This document shows positions 31,898-40,005 of a stretch of 64,000 nucleotides of DNA, in pieces (position 1 is the first letter of the stretch; the number at the start of each line of letters is the position of its first letter). The stretch comes from Thermoplasmata archaeon. Its GTDB lineage: Archaea; Thermoplasmatota; E2; JACPAO01; JAHFTW01. Location of the stretch: assembly GCA_034667725.1 (NCBI GenBank), contig JAXDQS010000003.1, positions 32,001-96,000 of the forward strand, written 5' to 3'. The notes beneath the pieces were generated by a model. That model was given only the letters and a program-made list of their open reading frames with translations, searched no databases and was not told where the DNA came from. Both the position numbers and the translations under genes were made by a program.

Positions 31898-33720
31898 GCC
31901 GTCCAGGCCGCCAGCATCTCGCCCCCGTCCTCGAAGCGGCGCGCCGGGTCGGGGCTCTGCGCCCGCGCCACCACGCGCTGCAGCGGACGCGGCAGCGACG
32001 ACAACGCCATGCGGGCCAACGCGCCGACGGCGAACACGTCGGTGCGGAAGGTGGCGTCCCCGCCCGCCAGCTGCTCCGGCGCCATGACGAGCGGCGTGCC
32101 GACCGCTCCCGGGCTTGCCAGCCGGGTTGCCGCTGCCCCCGCCCGCGCCACCCCGAAGTCGGTGATCTTGGGCCCGTCGTCGTCCAGCAGGATGTTGCCG
32201 GGCGCGAGGTCGCCGTGCACGATGCCGGCGGCGTGGAGGGCCGCGAGCCCCTCCAGGATGCCGCGCACCAGGCGCACGCCGTCCTCCGGCGGCAGCTTGC
32301 CCGCTTGCGCCAGCCGGTCCGCCAGCGAGCCGCCGGGCACGAACTCGGCGACGATCAAGGTCGCCCCCGGGCCGGCGACCACGTCATGGACCGCGACCAC
32401 GCGCGGATGCCGCACCGTGGCGGCGAGGCGGGCCTCCCGCATCGCCTCCGACACCGAGCCCAGCACCGGCACCTCCTTGATGGCGACGTGGCGGCCGAGC
32501 CGGTCGTCGCGCGCAAGGAACGTGCGGCCCGCCGCGCCGCGGCCGATGTAGCGCTCGATCAGCCAGCGGCTCTCGACCACGGTGCCAGGCGCCAACGGGT
32601 CGCCCAGCCGCGTCTCGGGAGGCGGCCCATAGAGCAGCACGACGGCGCGGTCCACCAGGTTGCGGAAGCCCTGCGACACCACCAAGGCGACCCCGACCAG
32701 CCAAAGCTGGGCTTGATCCGGCGCCGGCGCGCCCGCGAGGCTCGCGCCCGCGACCGCCAGCACCATCACCATGGCGAAGGCGGCGCCGACGGCCACGCGC
32801 GCGGCCGCGACGCGGGCGCGGGGACTGACGCCCAGCATCCCCTGGCGTAGCACCGCGCCCGAGACGAGCGCGCCGAAGGCCAGCCAACGGCAGGTCGTCT
32901 CCAGCACGATGACATCCAGAAGCGGGGTCACCGTGACGTCCGCCGGCGGCGGGCCCGTGAAATAGCCGACCTCGGGAAGCTTGAACGCCAACTGGAACGC
33001 CAACACGCCCCAAACGGTTGCGCCCACGACCCGCCCCGCCGCCGGCCGCCGCCGCACCAGCACGAGCGCGATGGCGGACGCCACCAACAGGACCGTGAGG
33101 TGCGCCACACTCGCGGCCAGCACCGTCGAACGCTCGAAGATGGGCCCGCCGTCCGCGCCAGCCAGACCGTGAATCATCTGCCGCGACCCTTGCGCGATCG
33201 TCGGCAACGCCACCACCCACAACGCCGGGAACAACAACTTGGCCGGCCCCTCCGGTCGCTCCGAGATCCGCCGGCCCAGCTGCACCAGCACGTACGCCAG
33301 CGTGCCCGCGACGTACACCGAGATCAAGCCCGAACGCAAGAACGACGGCGCCTCCGCCATCGGGACCGCCCGCCACGCCGCCAGCACCCAGCCCGCCCCC
33401 AGCACGGCCGGCCACGCGAAGCGATGGCCGCCGGCGGGGGCGGCAGGCCAGCGCGCAAAGAAGCAGAACAAGTACGTCGAGGCCAGTACCCAGGCGGCGC
33501 CGGCGCCCGCCAGCACCGACTCCAGGGCAGGGCCGGGCGCCATCCAGGTGCGTGCCGGCGTCGAGACCAAGCCCAGCGCGGCCATGAAGAGCGCCAGCAG
33601 CAGGAAGCGCGCGTCCGCCCGCCGGCGACCCGCCGCGGCCAAGACGGCCCCGAAAGCCACCAGCGCCACCGCCGTCAGCAAGGCGAGCGCGGCGCCGACA
33701 GGAACCACGAAGGCGACCAC
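31885..33720 (-). CDS. Multi-pass membrane Hanks-type Ser/Thr protein kinase
   Basis: Several N-terminal TM helices; IGRGAAG, VAIKE, HGDLAPGN, DFG, GTPLVMAPE, TDVFAVG. Confidence 0.88.
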   Translation of the reverse strand: MVAFVVPVGAALALLTAVALVAFGAVLAAAGRRRADARFLLLALFMAALGLVSTPARTWMAPGPALESVLAGAGAAWVLASTYLFCFFARWPAAPAGGHRFAWPAVLGAGWVLAAWRAVPMAEAPSFLRSGLISVYVAGTLAYVLVQLGRRISERPEGPAKLLFPALWVVALPTIAQGSRQMIHGLAGADGGPIFERSTVLAASVAHLTVLLVASAIALVLVRRRPAAGRVVGATVWGVLAFQLAFKLPEVGYFTGPPPADVTVTPLLDVIVLETTCRWLAFGALVSGAVLRQGMLGVSPRARVAAARVAVGAAFAMVMVLAVAGASLAGAPAPDQAQLWLVGVALVVSQGFRNLVDRAVVLLYGPPPETRLGDPLAPGTVVESRWLIERYIGRGAAGRTFLARDDRLGRHVAIKEVPVLGSVSEAMREARLAATVRHPRVVAVHDVVAGPGATLIVAEFVPGGSLADRLAQAGKLPPEDGVRLVRGILEGLAALHAAGIVHGDLAPGNILLDDDGPKITDFGVARAGAAATRLASPGAVGTPLVMAPEQLAGGDATFRTDVFAVGALARMALSSLPRPLQRVVARAQSPDPARRFEDGGEMLAAWTAHAR

Positions 33721-33811
33721 GACCGGCGCGGCACTTCAACCCTTTGTCGAGCGTGTTGAAACGCTGACGCCCTTTTGGCCAATTTTGGGATGGACGGACT
33801 GCGTATGGAGG

Positions 33812-33884
33812 TGGGTCTGACCAGATTTGAACTGGTGATATTCACCATGTCAAGGTGACGTCATAACCGCTAGACCACAGACCC
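33812..33884 (-). tRNA. tRNA-Val(GAC)
   Basis: Folded by hand: acceptor GGGTCTG/CAGACCC, D-arm, anticodon stem TCACC/GGTGA with loop TTGACAT, T-arm ACCAG-TTCAAAT-CTGGT, discriminator A; 73 nt; CCA not encoded; no intron. Confidence 0.95.
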
Positions 33885-33931
33885 GTGTGCGGCGCCGACA
33901 TGTGCCGGCGAGCCGCCGACCTAGGGCGTCC

Positions 33932-33938
33932 ATTTAAG
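33932..33938 (-). promoter_or_regulatory. TATA box (CTTAAAT) of tRNA-Val
   Basis: AT-rich heptamer about 48 nt upstream of the tRNA 5' end. Confidence 0.55.
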
Positions 33939-33955
33939 GGCTCTGCCGGGCCGCT

Positions 33956-35005
33956 TCACTCGGGCTGGCGCAGCTTCCAAGCGGTGAACGCCAAGCTGGC
34001 GACCAGCGCCGTCGCAGCCGCTCCGCACACGACCGCCAAGCTCGTCCAGGCGGCGCCGTCGGGGGCGCCCGAAGCCAGCAAAGCAATCACGTTGAACGGG
34101 TCCCGCGGGAGCCACAGCAGCGCGGTCCCGACCATCAGGACGGCGATGGCGTAGCCCGCCTGGGCGCCGCCGGGGTGGCGGACGGCGGCCGCGACCGCGA
34201 AGCCGATGGCCGCAAGCAAGGCGGTCAGCGCCGCCTCCAGCGCCAGCAAGGGCAGCAGGTTCTGGATGGGGACGCGGTTGAGCGTGAGCAGCGCGGACCA
34301 GAGGGCGAACTGGGCGACGGCGAGGCCGATGGGGACGGTGAGCTTGCCAAGCAGGACGGACGGGATGCCGGCGGGGCTGGTGCGCAGCAGGACGAGGGTG
34401 CGGGTGTGGCGTTCGCGGGCCAGGGAGTCGCCGGCGACGGCGCCGGAGAGGAAGGCGGGTGCGAGCAGCAGCAGGGGGACGAGGGTGCCGTAGAGGAACG
34501 GGAACGGCAGCGCGGGGCGGCCGGGCAGGCGCTCGAGGTGCACCAGTTCGTGGGCCAGGCGGGTTTGGCGGTCTTCGCGCAGCGTCTTCTCGTACTCCAG
34601 CAGCAGGCCTTTGAGTTGCGTGAGCAGGAGGGTGGCGGGCAGGTCCCCTTCGGCGATGATGATGGTGAGGGCGCGGGCGCCGCCGGGCTCGGTCTCCCGT
34701 TCCAATACGGCCGCGGTGGCGTCGCCGCGTTGGAACGCCGCGATGGCTTCGTCCTCGGTGCCGTCGCGGACGTCGATGTTGGGGGTGCGGCGCAGCAGCG
34801 GCAGGAAGCCGCCTGGGCCGGCGTAGGCGACGTCGGCGTCGGGGCGGGCCTGCAGGCTTTCGGGGTCGTAGAGGCCGAGCAGCCCGACGGCGAGGAAGGC
34901 GCTGAAGCCTGCGATGACGAGCTGGACGACGAGGGCGACGACGACGGTCTTCTCGCGCACGAGGTCGCGCAGCTCCTTGCCCGCGATGGCGGTCCAGGGC
35001 CTCAC
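33956..35005 (-). CDS. ABC-2 type exporter permease
   Basis: AIAGKELRDLVREK start; DSLARERHTRTLVLLRTSP...VLLGKL motif; GTGA overlap with the upstream gene. Confidence 0.85.
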   Translation of the reverse strand: MRPWTAIAGKELRDLVREKTVVVALVVQLVIAGFSAFLAVGLLGLYDPESLQARPDADVAYAGPGGFLPLLRRTPNIDVRDGTEDEAIAAFQRGDATAAVLERETEPGGARALTIIIAEGDLPATLLLTQLKGLLLEYEKTLREDRQTRLAHELVHLERLPGRPALPFPFLYGTLVPLLLLAPAFLSGAVAGDSLARERHTRTLVLLRTSPAGIPSVLLGKLTVPIGLAVAQFALWSALLTLNRVPIQNLLPLLALEAALTALLAAIGFAVAAAVRHPGGAQAGYAIAVLMVGTALLWLPRDPFNVIALLASGAPDGAAWTSLAVVCGAAATALVASLAFTAWKLRQPE

Positions 35006-36618
35006 AGGGAGCCTCCGAACCACAGGGCGGCCAGGTCGTAGGCGAGGTGCAGCGTGGTGGCGGCGAGGAACGCCAGCGGCCAGCCGAACCGGCGCAGGGG
35101 CAGCGCGACGGCGATGGTGAGGGTGTGCACGGCGAGCGGCAGCAGCAGGAGGAGGGGCGTGCCGAGGACGCCGAAGCCTTGCAGCGTCTCGTCGCCGAGG
35201 TCCAAGGCGCCGAAGCCCGACCACGTCAGCAGCAGCGCCATCTTCTCGCCGAGGAAGAAACCGGGGCCGGCCCAGAGCGCGTGCCAGGGGTGGCGGCCGT
35301 TGCGGAGCCAGGCGGCGGCGAGGCCGAGCTTGAGCATCTCCTCGATGGCGGCGACGCCCACGAGGATCAGCGGGAACGCGGCGCCGAGGCCGAGCGGGAT
35401 GACGAGCGACAGCACCAGCAGCTCGGCCGCGAACGCGAATGGCACCGACAGCGCGGCCGCGGCGACCAGGCGGGGCCGGGTGCGCACCAAGGCCGACGCG
35501 CCCGCGACGCCCTTGCGGGTGAGGCTCGCCGGGCTGAACATGGTCTCCTCGCGCGTCAGGCCGATGGCCAGGAACGCCATGGCGACGGTCGCGAGCGTGA
35601 GCGGCACGGTGGCGTAGAGGTAGAGGCTGGCGGGCACCGGCGCGCCGTCGATGGCCGCGGCGACAACACTCACGGGGCTGAGGAACGCCACCTCGGGGAT
35701 CGCGGTGAACACCGCCGGCAGGAACAGGAAGACGGCGTACAGCGTCGTCGTGCCCGTGAGCAGGAAGGTGAGGTCGCGCTCGCTGCGCGCCAGCAATCCA
35801 AGCAAGGTCGAGAGCGCCAGCGGGAACGCGACGATGACGACGGCGGCCGGGATGGCCCACCACGCCGCGCCGATGACGGGCGTGGCGACCAGCGCCACCA
35901 GCGCGGCCGCCGCGACCGCGAGCGCGCTGCGGCCGAGCAGCAGCCGCGCGGGCCCAAAGGGCGCCGCGAGCAGCAGCAGGCCGCGGCGGCGGGTGCGGTC
36001 GGCCAGCAGGCTGCCGGCCTGGAGCTGGCCAAGCAGGTTCATCGGGATGACGTAGGCGAACGCCAGCAGCAGCCCCTCCAACGGGAACGGGGCCTGCACT
36101 TGGCTCGGCCGCAAGTCCTCCTGGAGCGAGGTGGTGGCGACCTGGTCCGCGACCGGCGGCGCGGCCGTCGCGGCGGGCCCCGTCGTCGTCCCGGGCGGCG
36201 GCGCGGCGGCGGCCGGCGGCGTCCGGAGCGCCGTGACCACGGCGACTTGCACCGGGAACGCGGCGCCTTCGTCCGCCTCCCGCGCGAGCCGGCGCTCCTG
36301 CCACGCCGCGGTCGCGTCCCGCAGCGCGTCGTAGGCCGCGCGGCCGCCGTCGGAGCGGGTGGGGCTCGCTTGCTCGCCCGCGACCCGGACCAAGGGCGGC
36401 GCGTCGATCCGGAAGCGCGGGTCCTCGTGGGCGGCCTGCGCCAGCGGCCCCGTGCCCTCGTAGGGGAACAGGCCCGCGTCCGGGTGGAGGCGCCCCGGCG
36501 CCGAGGTGGCAAGGGCGGCGGCGAGCGCCAGCAGCAGGACGGCGACGGCGGCGTTGCGCGGCCGGGCCAGGCGCCCGAGGCGGCGCAGCTCCAAGGTGGC
36601 CAATGCGCCTGCGCCCAT
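35002..36618 (-). CDS. ABC-2 permease fused to PrsW-like intramembrane protease domain
   Basis: ABC-2 motif LLADRTRRRGLLLLAAP; C-terminal EEMLK, GFFLGEK, VH and LHLAYD motifs. Confidence 0.75.
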   Translation of the reverse strand: MGAGALATLELRRLGRLARPRNAAVAVLLLALAAALATSAPGRLHPDAGLFPYEGTGPLAQAAHEDPRFRIDAPPLVRVAGEQASPTRSDGGRAAYDALRDATAAWQERRLAREADEGAAFPVQVAVVTALRTPPAAAAPPPGTTTGPAATAAPPVADQVATTSLQEDLRPSQVQAPFPLEGLLLAFAYVIPMNLLGQLQAGSLLADRTRRRGLLLLAAPFGPARLLLGRSALAVAAAALVALVATPVIGAAWWAIPAAVVIVAFPLALSTLLGLLARSERDLTFLLTGTTTLYAVFLFLPAVFTAIPEVAFLSPVSVVAAAIDGAPVPASLYLYATVPLTLATVAMAFLAIGLTREETMFSPASLTRKGVAGASALVRTRPRLVAAAALSVPFAFAAELLVLSLVIPLGLGAAFPLILVGVAAIEEMLKLGLAAAWLRNGRHPWHALWAGPGFFLGEKMALLLTWSGFGALDLGDETLQGFGVLGTPLLLLLPLAVHTLTIAVALPLRRFGWPLAFLAATTLHLAYDLAALWFGGSL

Positions 36619-37488
36619 TCAGGTCCCTACGGCGCGGTGCAGAATCTCCTCCAGCTCCGGGGTCGCGGACTCCAGCTCGACGACCCGGCCGCCCGCGCGC
36701 TCGATGCGGGCGACGGCGTCCTGGGCGGCGGTCCAGTCGGGCAGTTCGCCGACGTGCAGGGTGCCGTCGCGGGCGCTGCCGGGGAACGCGGCGGTGGCGC
36801 GCAGCCGGTAGCGCGTGCCGCCCCATGCCTTCCGGAGCTCCCCCAAGGTCCCGTTGGCGACGATGCGGCCCCGGTCCACCAGCAGGATGCGGTCGCACAA
36901 CTCCTCGACCTGGCGCAAGTGGTGGCCGGAGAGCAGGATGCAGGTGCCGGCGCGCCGCAGGTCGGAGAGCACGGCGTCGAGCTCGCGCCGGGTGGCCGGG
37001 TCGAGGCCGCTGGCGGGCTCGTCGAGCACCAGGACGGGCGGGTCGTGCAGCAGCGCGCGGGCCAAGGCGACCTTGCGCACCGAGCCCTTGGAGAGCTGGC
37101 CGATGGGCTTGCGCCAGTAGGGCTCGTCGAGGCGCATCCGGTGCAGCAGCTGGAACGCCTTGCGCGCCGACGGCTCGGCGGGCAGGCCGTAGATCCGGGC
37201 GAAGAACGCGAGGCACTCGAGCGGCGTCTGCTCCTCGTAGAGCGGCGAGTCCTCGGGGACGTAGCCGATGGCGCGCCGGGTGGCGGGCTTGAGCGGGTCG
37301 GCGCCGGCCACGCGCACCGTCCCCTCGGTCGGCTCCAGCAGGCCGCACACCATCTTCAGCAGCGTGGACTTGCCGGCGCCGTTGTTGCCCACCAGGCCGG
37401 TGACGGTGCCCTTGGCGAGCTGGAACGAGGCGCCCCGCAGCGCCCACTGGCTGCCGTAGCGGCGTCCCAGGTTGTCGGCGGCCAGCAT
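36619..37488 (-). CDS. ABC transporter ATP-binding protein
   Basis: GNNGAGKST, LSKG signature, LVLDEPASGLD, H-loop. Confidence 0.93.
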   Translation of the reverse strand: MLAADNLGRRYGSQWALRGASFQLAKGTVTGLVGNNGAGKSTLLKMVCGLLEPTEGTVRVAGADPLKPATRRAIGYVPEDSPLYEEQTPLECLAFFARIYGLPAEPSARKAFQLLHRMRLDEPYWRKPIGQLSKGSVRKVALARALLHDPPVLVLDEPASGLDPATRRELDAVLSDLRRAGTCILLSGHHLRQVEELCDRILLVDRGRIVANGTLGELRKAWGGTRYRLRATAAFPGSARDGTLHVGELPDWTAAQDAVARIERAGGRVVELESATPELEEILHRAVGT

Positions 37489-37490
37489 CG

Positions 37491-37946
37491 TCACCGCGTC
37501 ACCCACTCGAACACCTCGTAGGGCGCCTGCTGCATCCCGTGGCCCCGGTAGGCCCGCAGCGCGTTCTCGTTGTTCGACTCGACGTAGAGCCGGACGGCAC
37601 GCACGTTTCCAGCCGCGCGGGCCTGGCCCTGGAGGTGGCGGTAGAGGGCGGAGTAGACGCCGGTGCCGCGGCGCTCGGGGACGACATAGACCGACTGGAT
37701 CCACCAGTACCACTGCGCGTGCCAGTCGGACCACTCGAAGGTGACGTAGAGCGAGCCCACGGGTTGGCCGTCCAGCTCCGCCACGAGGGCGCGGCCCTTG
37801 CCGGGGTCGGCCAAGAGGGCCCGCACGCCGCGGCGCGCGACCGCCTCGTCCAGCCGGATTCCTTCCGACTCGAAGGCGTTGCCGAGGGTCGAGCGCAGCA
37901 GCGCGTCCTCGTCCGTGGGCCGCGCGTCGCGCACCGCCAGCATCAC
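37491..37946 (-). CDS. GNAT N-acetyltransferase
   Basis: WIQSVYVVPERRGTGV, LYVESNNENALRAY. Confidence 0.9.
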   Translation of the reverse strand: MMLAVRDARPTDEDALLRSTLGNAFESEGIRLDEAVARRGVRALLADPGKGRALVAELDGQPVGSLYVTFEWSDWHAQWYWWIQSVYVVPERRGTGVYSALYRHLQGQARAAGNVRAVRLYVESNNENALRAYRGHGMQQAPYEVFEWVTR

Positions 37947-37974
37947 GCCTGGATGGGCTGGAGGTCAAAAAACC

Positions 37975-38005
37975 GGAAGAAGGAAGGAAGAGGGAAGGAA
38001 GAAGG
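37975..38005 (-). terminator. C/U-rich tract, probable terminator of the CxxC-x17-CxxC gene
   Basis: 31-nt pure purine run on + (pyrimidine on -) 38 nt after the stop; followed by T6, which may double as the GNAT TATA box. Confidence 0.5.
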
Positions 38006-38042
38006 TGCGCGCGGGGAGGGCCCCGCGGTGCTCAGCCCAGCC

Positions 38043-38393
38043 TTAGCGGGGGTTGGCGGCGCGGAAGCAGTCGCGGCAGAACACGTCGCGGCCCGGGGTG
38101 GGCTTGAACGGGACCTGCGTGGTCGTGCCACAGCGGGTGCAGGTGGCGTCGAACATGGGGCGGTCTGCCCCGCGGTCGCCGCCGAAGCCGCCGCCGCTCG
38201 AGCGGGGGCCGCCGAAGCCGCCGCCACCGGTGCGGGGGGGGCCACGGCCGGCGCCAGCCGGGCGGTCCTTGCTGAAGCAGTCGCGGCACTTGACGGGGCG
38301 GGTGCCGGTCGGCTTGAACGGGACGGTGGTCTGCTTGCCACATTCGGCGCAGACGACATCAAACTCTTCGCGCGGGGCGCGGTTCTCGTACAT
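38043..38393 (-). CDS. Tandem CxxC-x17-CxxC zinc-ribbon protein
   Basis: Two exact CxxC-x17-CxxC units containing VPFKP, joined by a Gly/Arg-rich linker; TATTTATA at 38455-38462. Confidence 0.92.
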   Translation of the reverse strand: MYENRAPREEFDVVCAECGKQTTVPFKPTGTRPVKCRDCFSKDRPAGAGRGPPRTGGGGFGGPRSSGGGFGGDRGADRPMFDATCTRCGTTTQVPFKPTPGRDVFCRDCFRAANPR

Positions 38394-38527
38394 TTCCAAT
38401 ACCTACTTGGACCTAGGGCGCGGCCTCGGTCCTGGCCCGCCGAGGAAGGGCCTCTATAAATATCACGCCGTCAGGGGTGGCTCCAGGAAGGGCAACGGTC
38501 AAGCGCCCAAGGCCCCGTGCCGCCCTC

Positions 38528-38791
38528 ATGCGGACCCTGCTCCTCTGCGCAGCCTTGCTGCTCGCGCCCGCCAGCCTCGCCCTTGCCGCCACCGCCGCCC
38601 CCTGCGAGGCAGGGACCTCCGTCTCCTGCCAGGACGTCAAGGTCGGCTCCTGCACCTACGACGCCAGCGTCGCCGCCAGCGTCTCCTTCGACGTCACCCA
38701 AGACTGCTACTCCGGCATCACCCGCTGCCACACCGAGGTCTCCGGCGGCCTGGGCCAGCCCATCAACCCCCAGCGCTGGTGCGCGTACTAG
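38528..38791 (+). CDS. Small secreted Cys-rich protein
   Basis: Signal peptide; 6 Cys in a roughly 65-aa mature part. Confidence 0.7.
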   Translation: MRTLLLCAALLLAPASLALAATAAPCEAGTSVSCQDVKVGSCTYDASVAASVSFDVTQDCYSGITRCHTEVSGGLGQPINPQRWCAY

Positions 38792-38800
38792 GTGATCGCG

Positions 38801-39076
38801 ATGCGCATCCTCCTCGCCGCCGCGATCGTCCTCGCCGCTTTCGCGGCCCTCCCGACCGCCTCCGCCTGGGAGCCGCCGGCCATCCCGTGCCAGACCGGCA
38901 TCGCCGGCACCGACTGCTCCGTCGGCGCCTTCGACTGCGCCGTCGGCGTGGGCTACCGCACCGGCGGCGCCTCCTACCAATACGCCGGCGCCTGGTGCGG
39001 CCGTCCCACCTGGTACCCCTGCGTGCTCGCCTACGCGGACACCAACGGCAACGTCGCGTCCTGCCTCCTGGGCTAG
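38801..39076 (+). CDS. Small secreted Cys-rich protein
   Basis: Signal peptide ending ASA; 6 Cys; GGTGA SD-like motif before ATG. Confidence 0.7.
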   Translation: MRILLAAAIVLAAFAALPTASAWEPPAIPCQTGIAGTDCSVGAFDCAVGVGYRTGGASYQYAGAWCGRPTWYPCVLAYADTNGNVASCLLG

Positions 39077-39957
39077 AGCTTCAGGTCCTGCTTGACGAAC
39101 CCCGCGATGTCGGTCGGGAAGGTCGCCACCTTGACGCCCGCCGCGGCGAACGCCTTGAGCTTGCTCTCCGCGGTGCCCTTGCCCTTCTCCACCAAGGCGC
39201 CGGCGTGCCCCATCTTCTTGCCCTCGGGGGCGGTGCGGCCCGCGACGTAGGCGTACACGGGCTTGCGCTTCGTGAGGCCCGTGCGCTGGATGTACTCGGC
39301 CGCCTCCTCCTCGTGGCCGCCGCCGATCTCGCCCACCAGGACGATGGCCTTGGTGTCGGGGTCGTTCTCGAACAGCTTGACGGCGTCCAAGAGCGTGGTG
39401 CCGGGGATGGGGTCGCCGCCGAGGCCGAGGCAGGCCGACTGGCCGATGCCGTTCTCCGACAGCGCCGCCACGATCTCGTAGGTCAGGGTGCCGGACTTGG
39501 AGGCGACCGCGACCGGGCCGGGCTTGAAGATGGTGCCCGGCAGGATGCCGACCTTGGACTTGGCGCCGGGGCTGCACGCGCCGGGGCAGTTGGGCCCGAT
39601 CAGCACGACGCCTTTGGCCTTGGCGTAGTTGACGAACGCCTCCGCGTCGTGGACCGGGATGTGCTCGGTGATGACGATGACGACCTTGCAGCCGGCGTCC
39701 ACGGCCTCGATGACGGCGTCCTTGGCGTAGGGCGCGGGGACGAACACCAGGCTGGTGTTGGCCTTGGTCTCGCGGACGGCCTGCGCCACGGTGTCGAACA
39801 CGGGCACGTCGTGGACTTTCTCGCCGCCCTTGCCGGGGGTCACGCCGGCCACGACGTTGGTGCCGAACTGCTTCATCTGGCCGATGTGGAACTGCCCTTG
39901 GTAGCCGGTGGCGCCCTGCACGACGATGCGGGAGTCCTGGTTCAGCACGACAGACAT
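39073..39957 (-). CDS. sucD: Succinyl-CoA synthetase alpha subunit
   Basis: VQGATG, IGPNCPG, SGTLTYE, GEIGG, KMGHAGA. Confidence 0.96.
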   Translation of the reverse strand: MSVVLNQDSRIVVQGATGYQGQFHIGQMKQFGTNVVAGVTPGKGGEKVHDVPVFDTVAQAVRETKANTSLVFVPAPYAKDAVIEAVDAGCKVVIVITEHIPVHDAEAFVNYAKAKGVVLIGPNCPGACSPGAKSKVGILPGTIFKPGPVAVASKSGTLTYEIVAALSENGIGQSACLGLGGDPIPGTTLLDAVKLFENDPDTKAIVLVGEIGGGHEEEAAEYIQRTGLTKRKPVYAYVAGRTAPEGKKMGHAGALVEKGKGTAESKLKAFAAAGVKVATFPTDIAGFVKQDLKL

Positions 39958-39971
39958 GGACAGGAGCGGCG

Positions 39972-39989
39972 ACTTGGGGGCGGGATAAG
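39972..39989 (-). promoter_or_regulatory. Shared promoter motif CTTATC-N6-CCAAGT (sucD)
   Basis: Identical bipartite motif also at 41391-41408 and 43281-43298. Confidence 0.6.
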
Positions 39990-40005
39990 GGGCTTCCGGG
40001 CTCCT

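Noticed and set aside
33812-33884. Cluster of operator-like palindromes upstream of the kinase (e.g. TGGTGA-TAT-TCACCA)
   Set aside because: They fall inside tRNA-Val(GAC) on the minus strand.
30012-33884. Integrated element with att sites at tRNA-Val
   Set aside because: No integrase is present and I found no duplication of the tRNA 3' end; the 11-nt match is to the 5' end, on the wrong side for such an integration.
38700-38735. Heme-binding motif in the small secreted protein (CYSGITRCH)
   Set aside because: Spacing is Cx6CH, not CxxCH; six paired Cys are more simply explained as disulfides.
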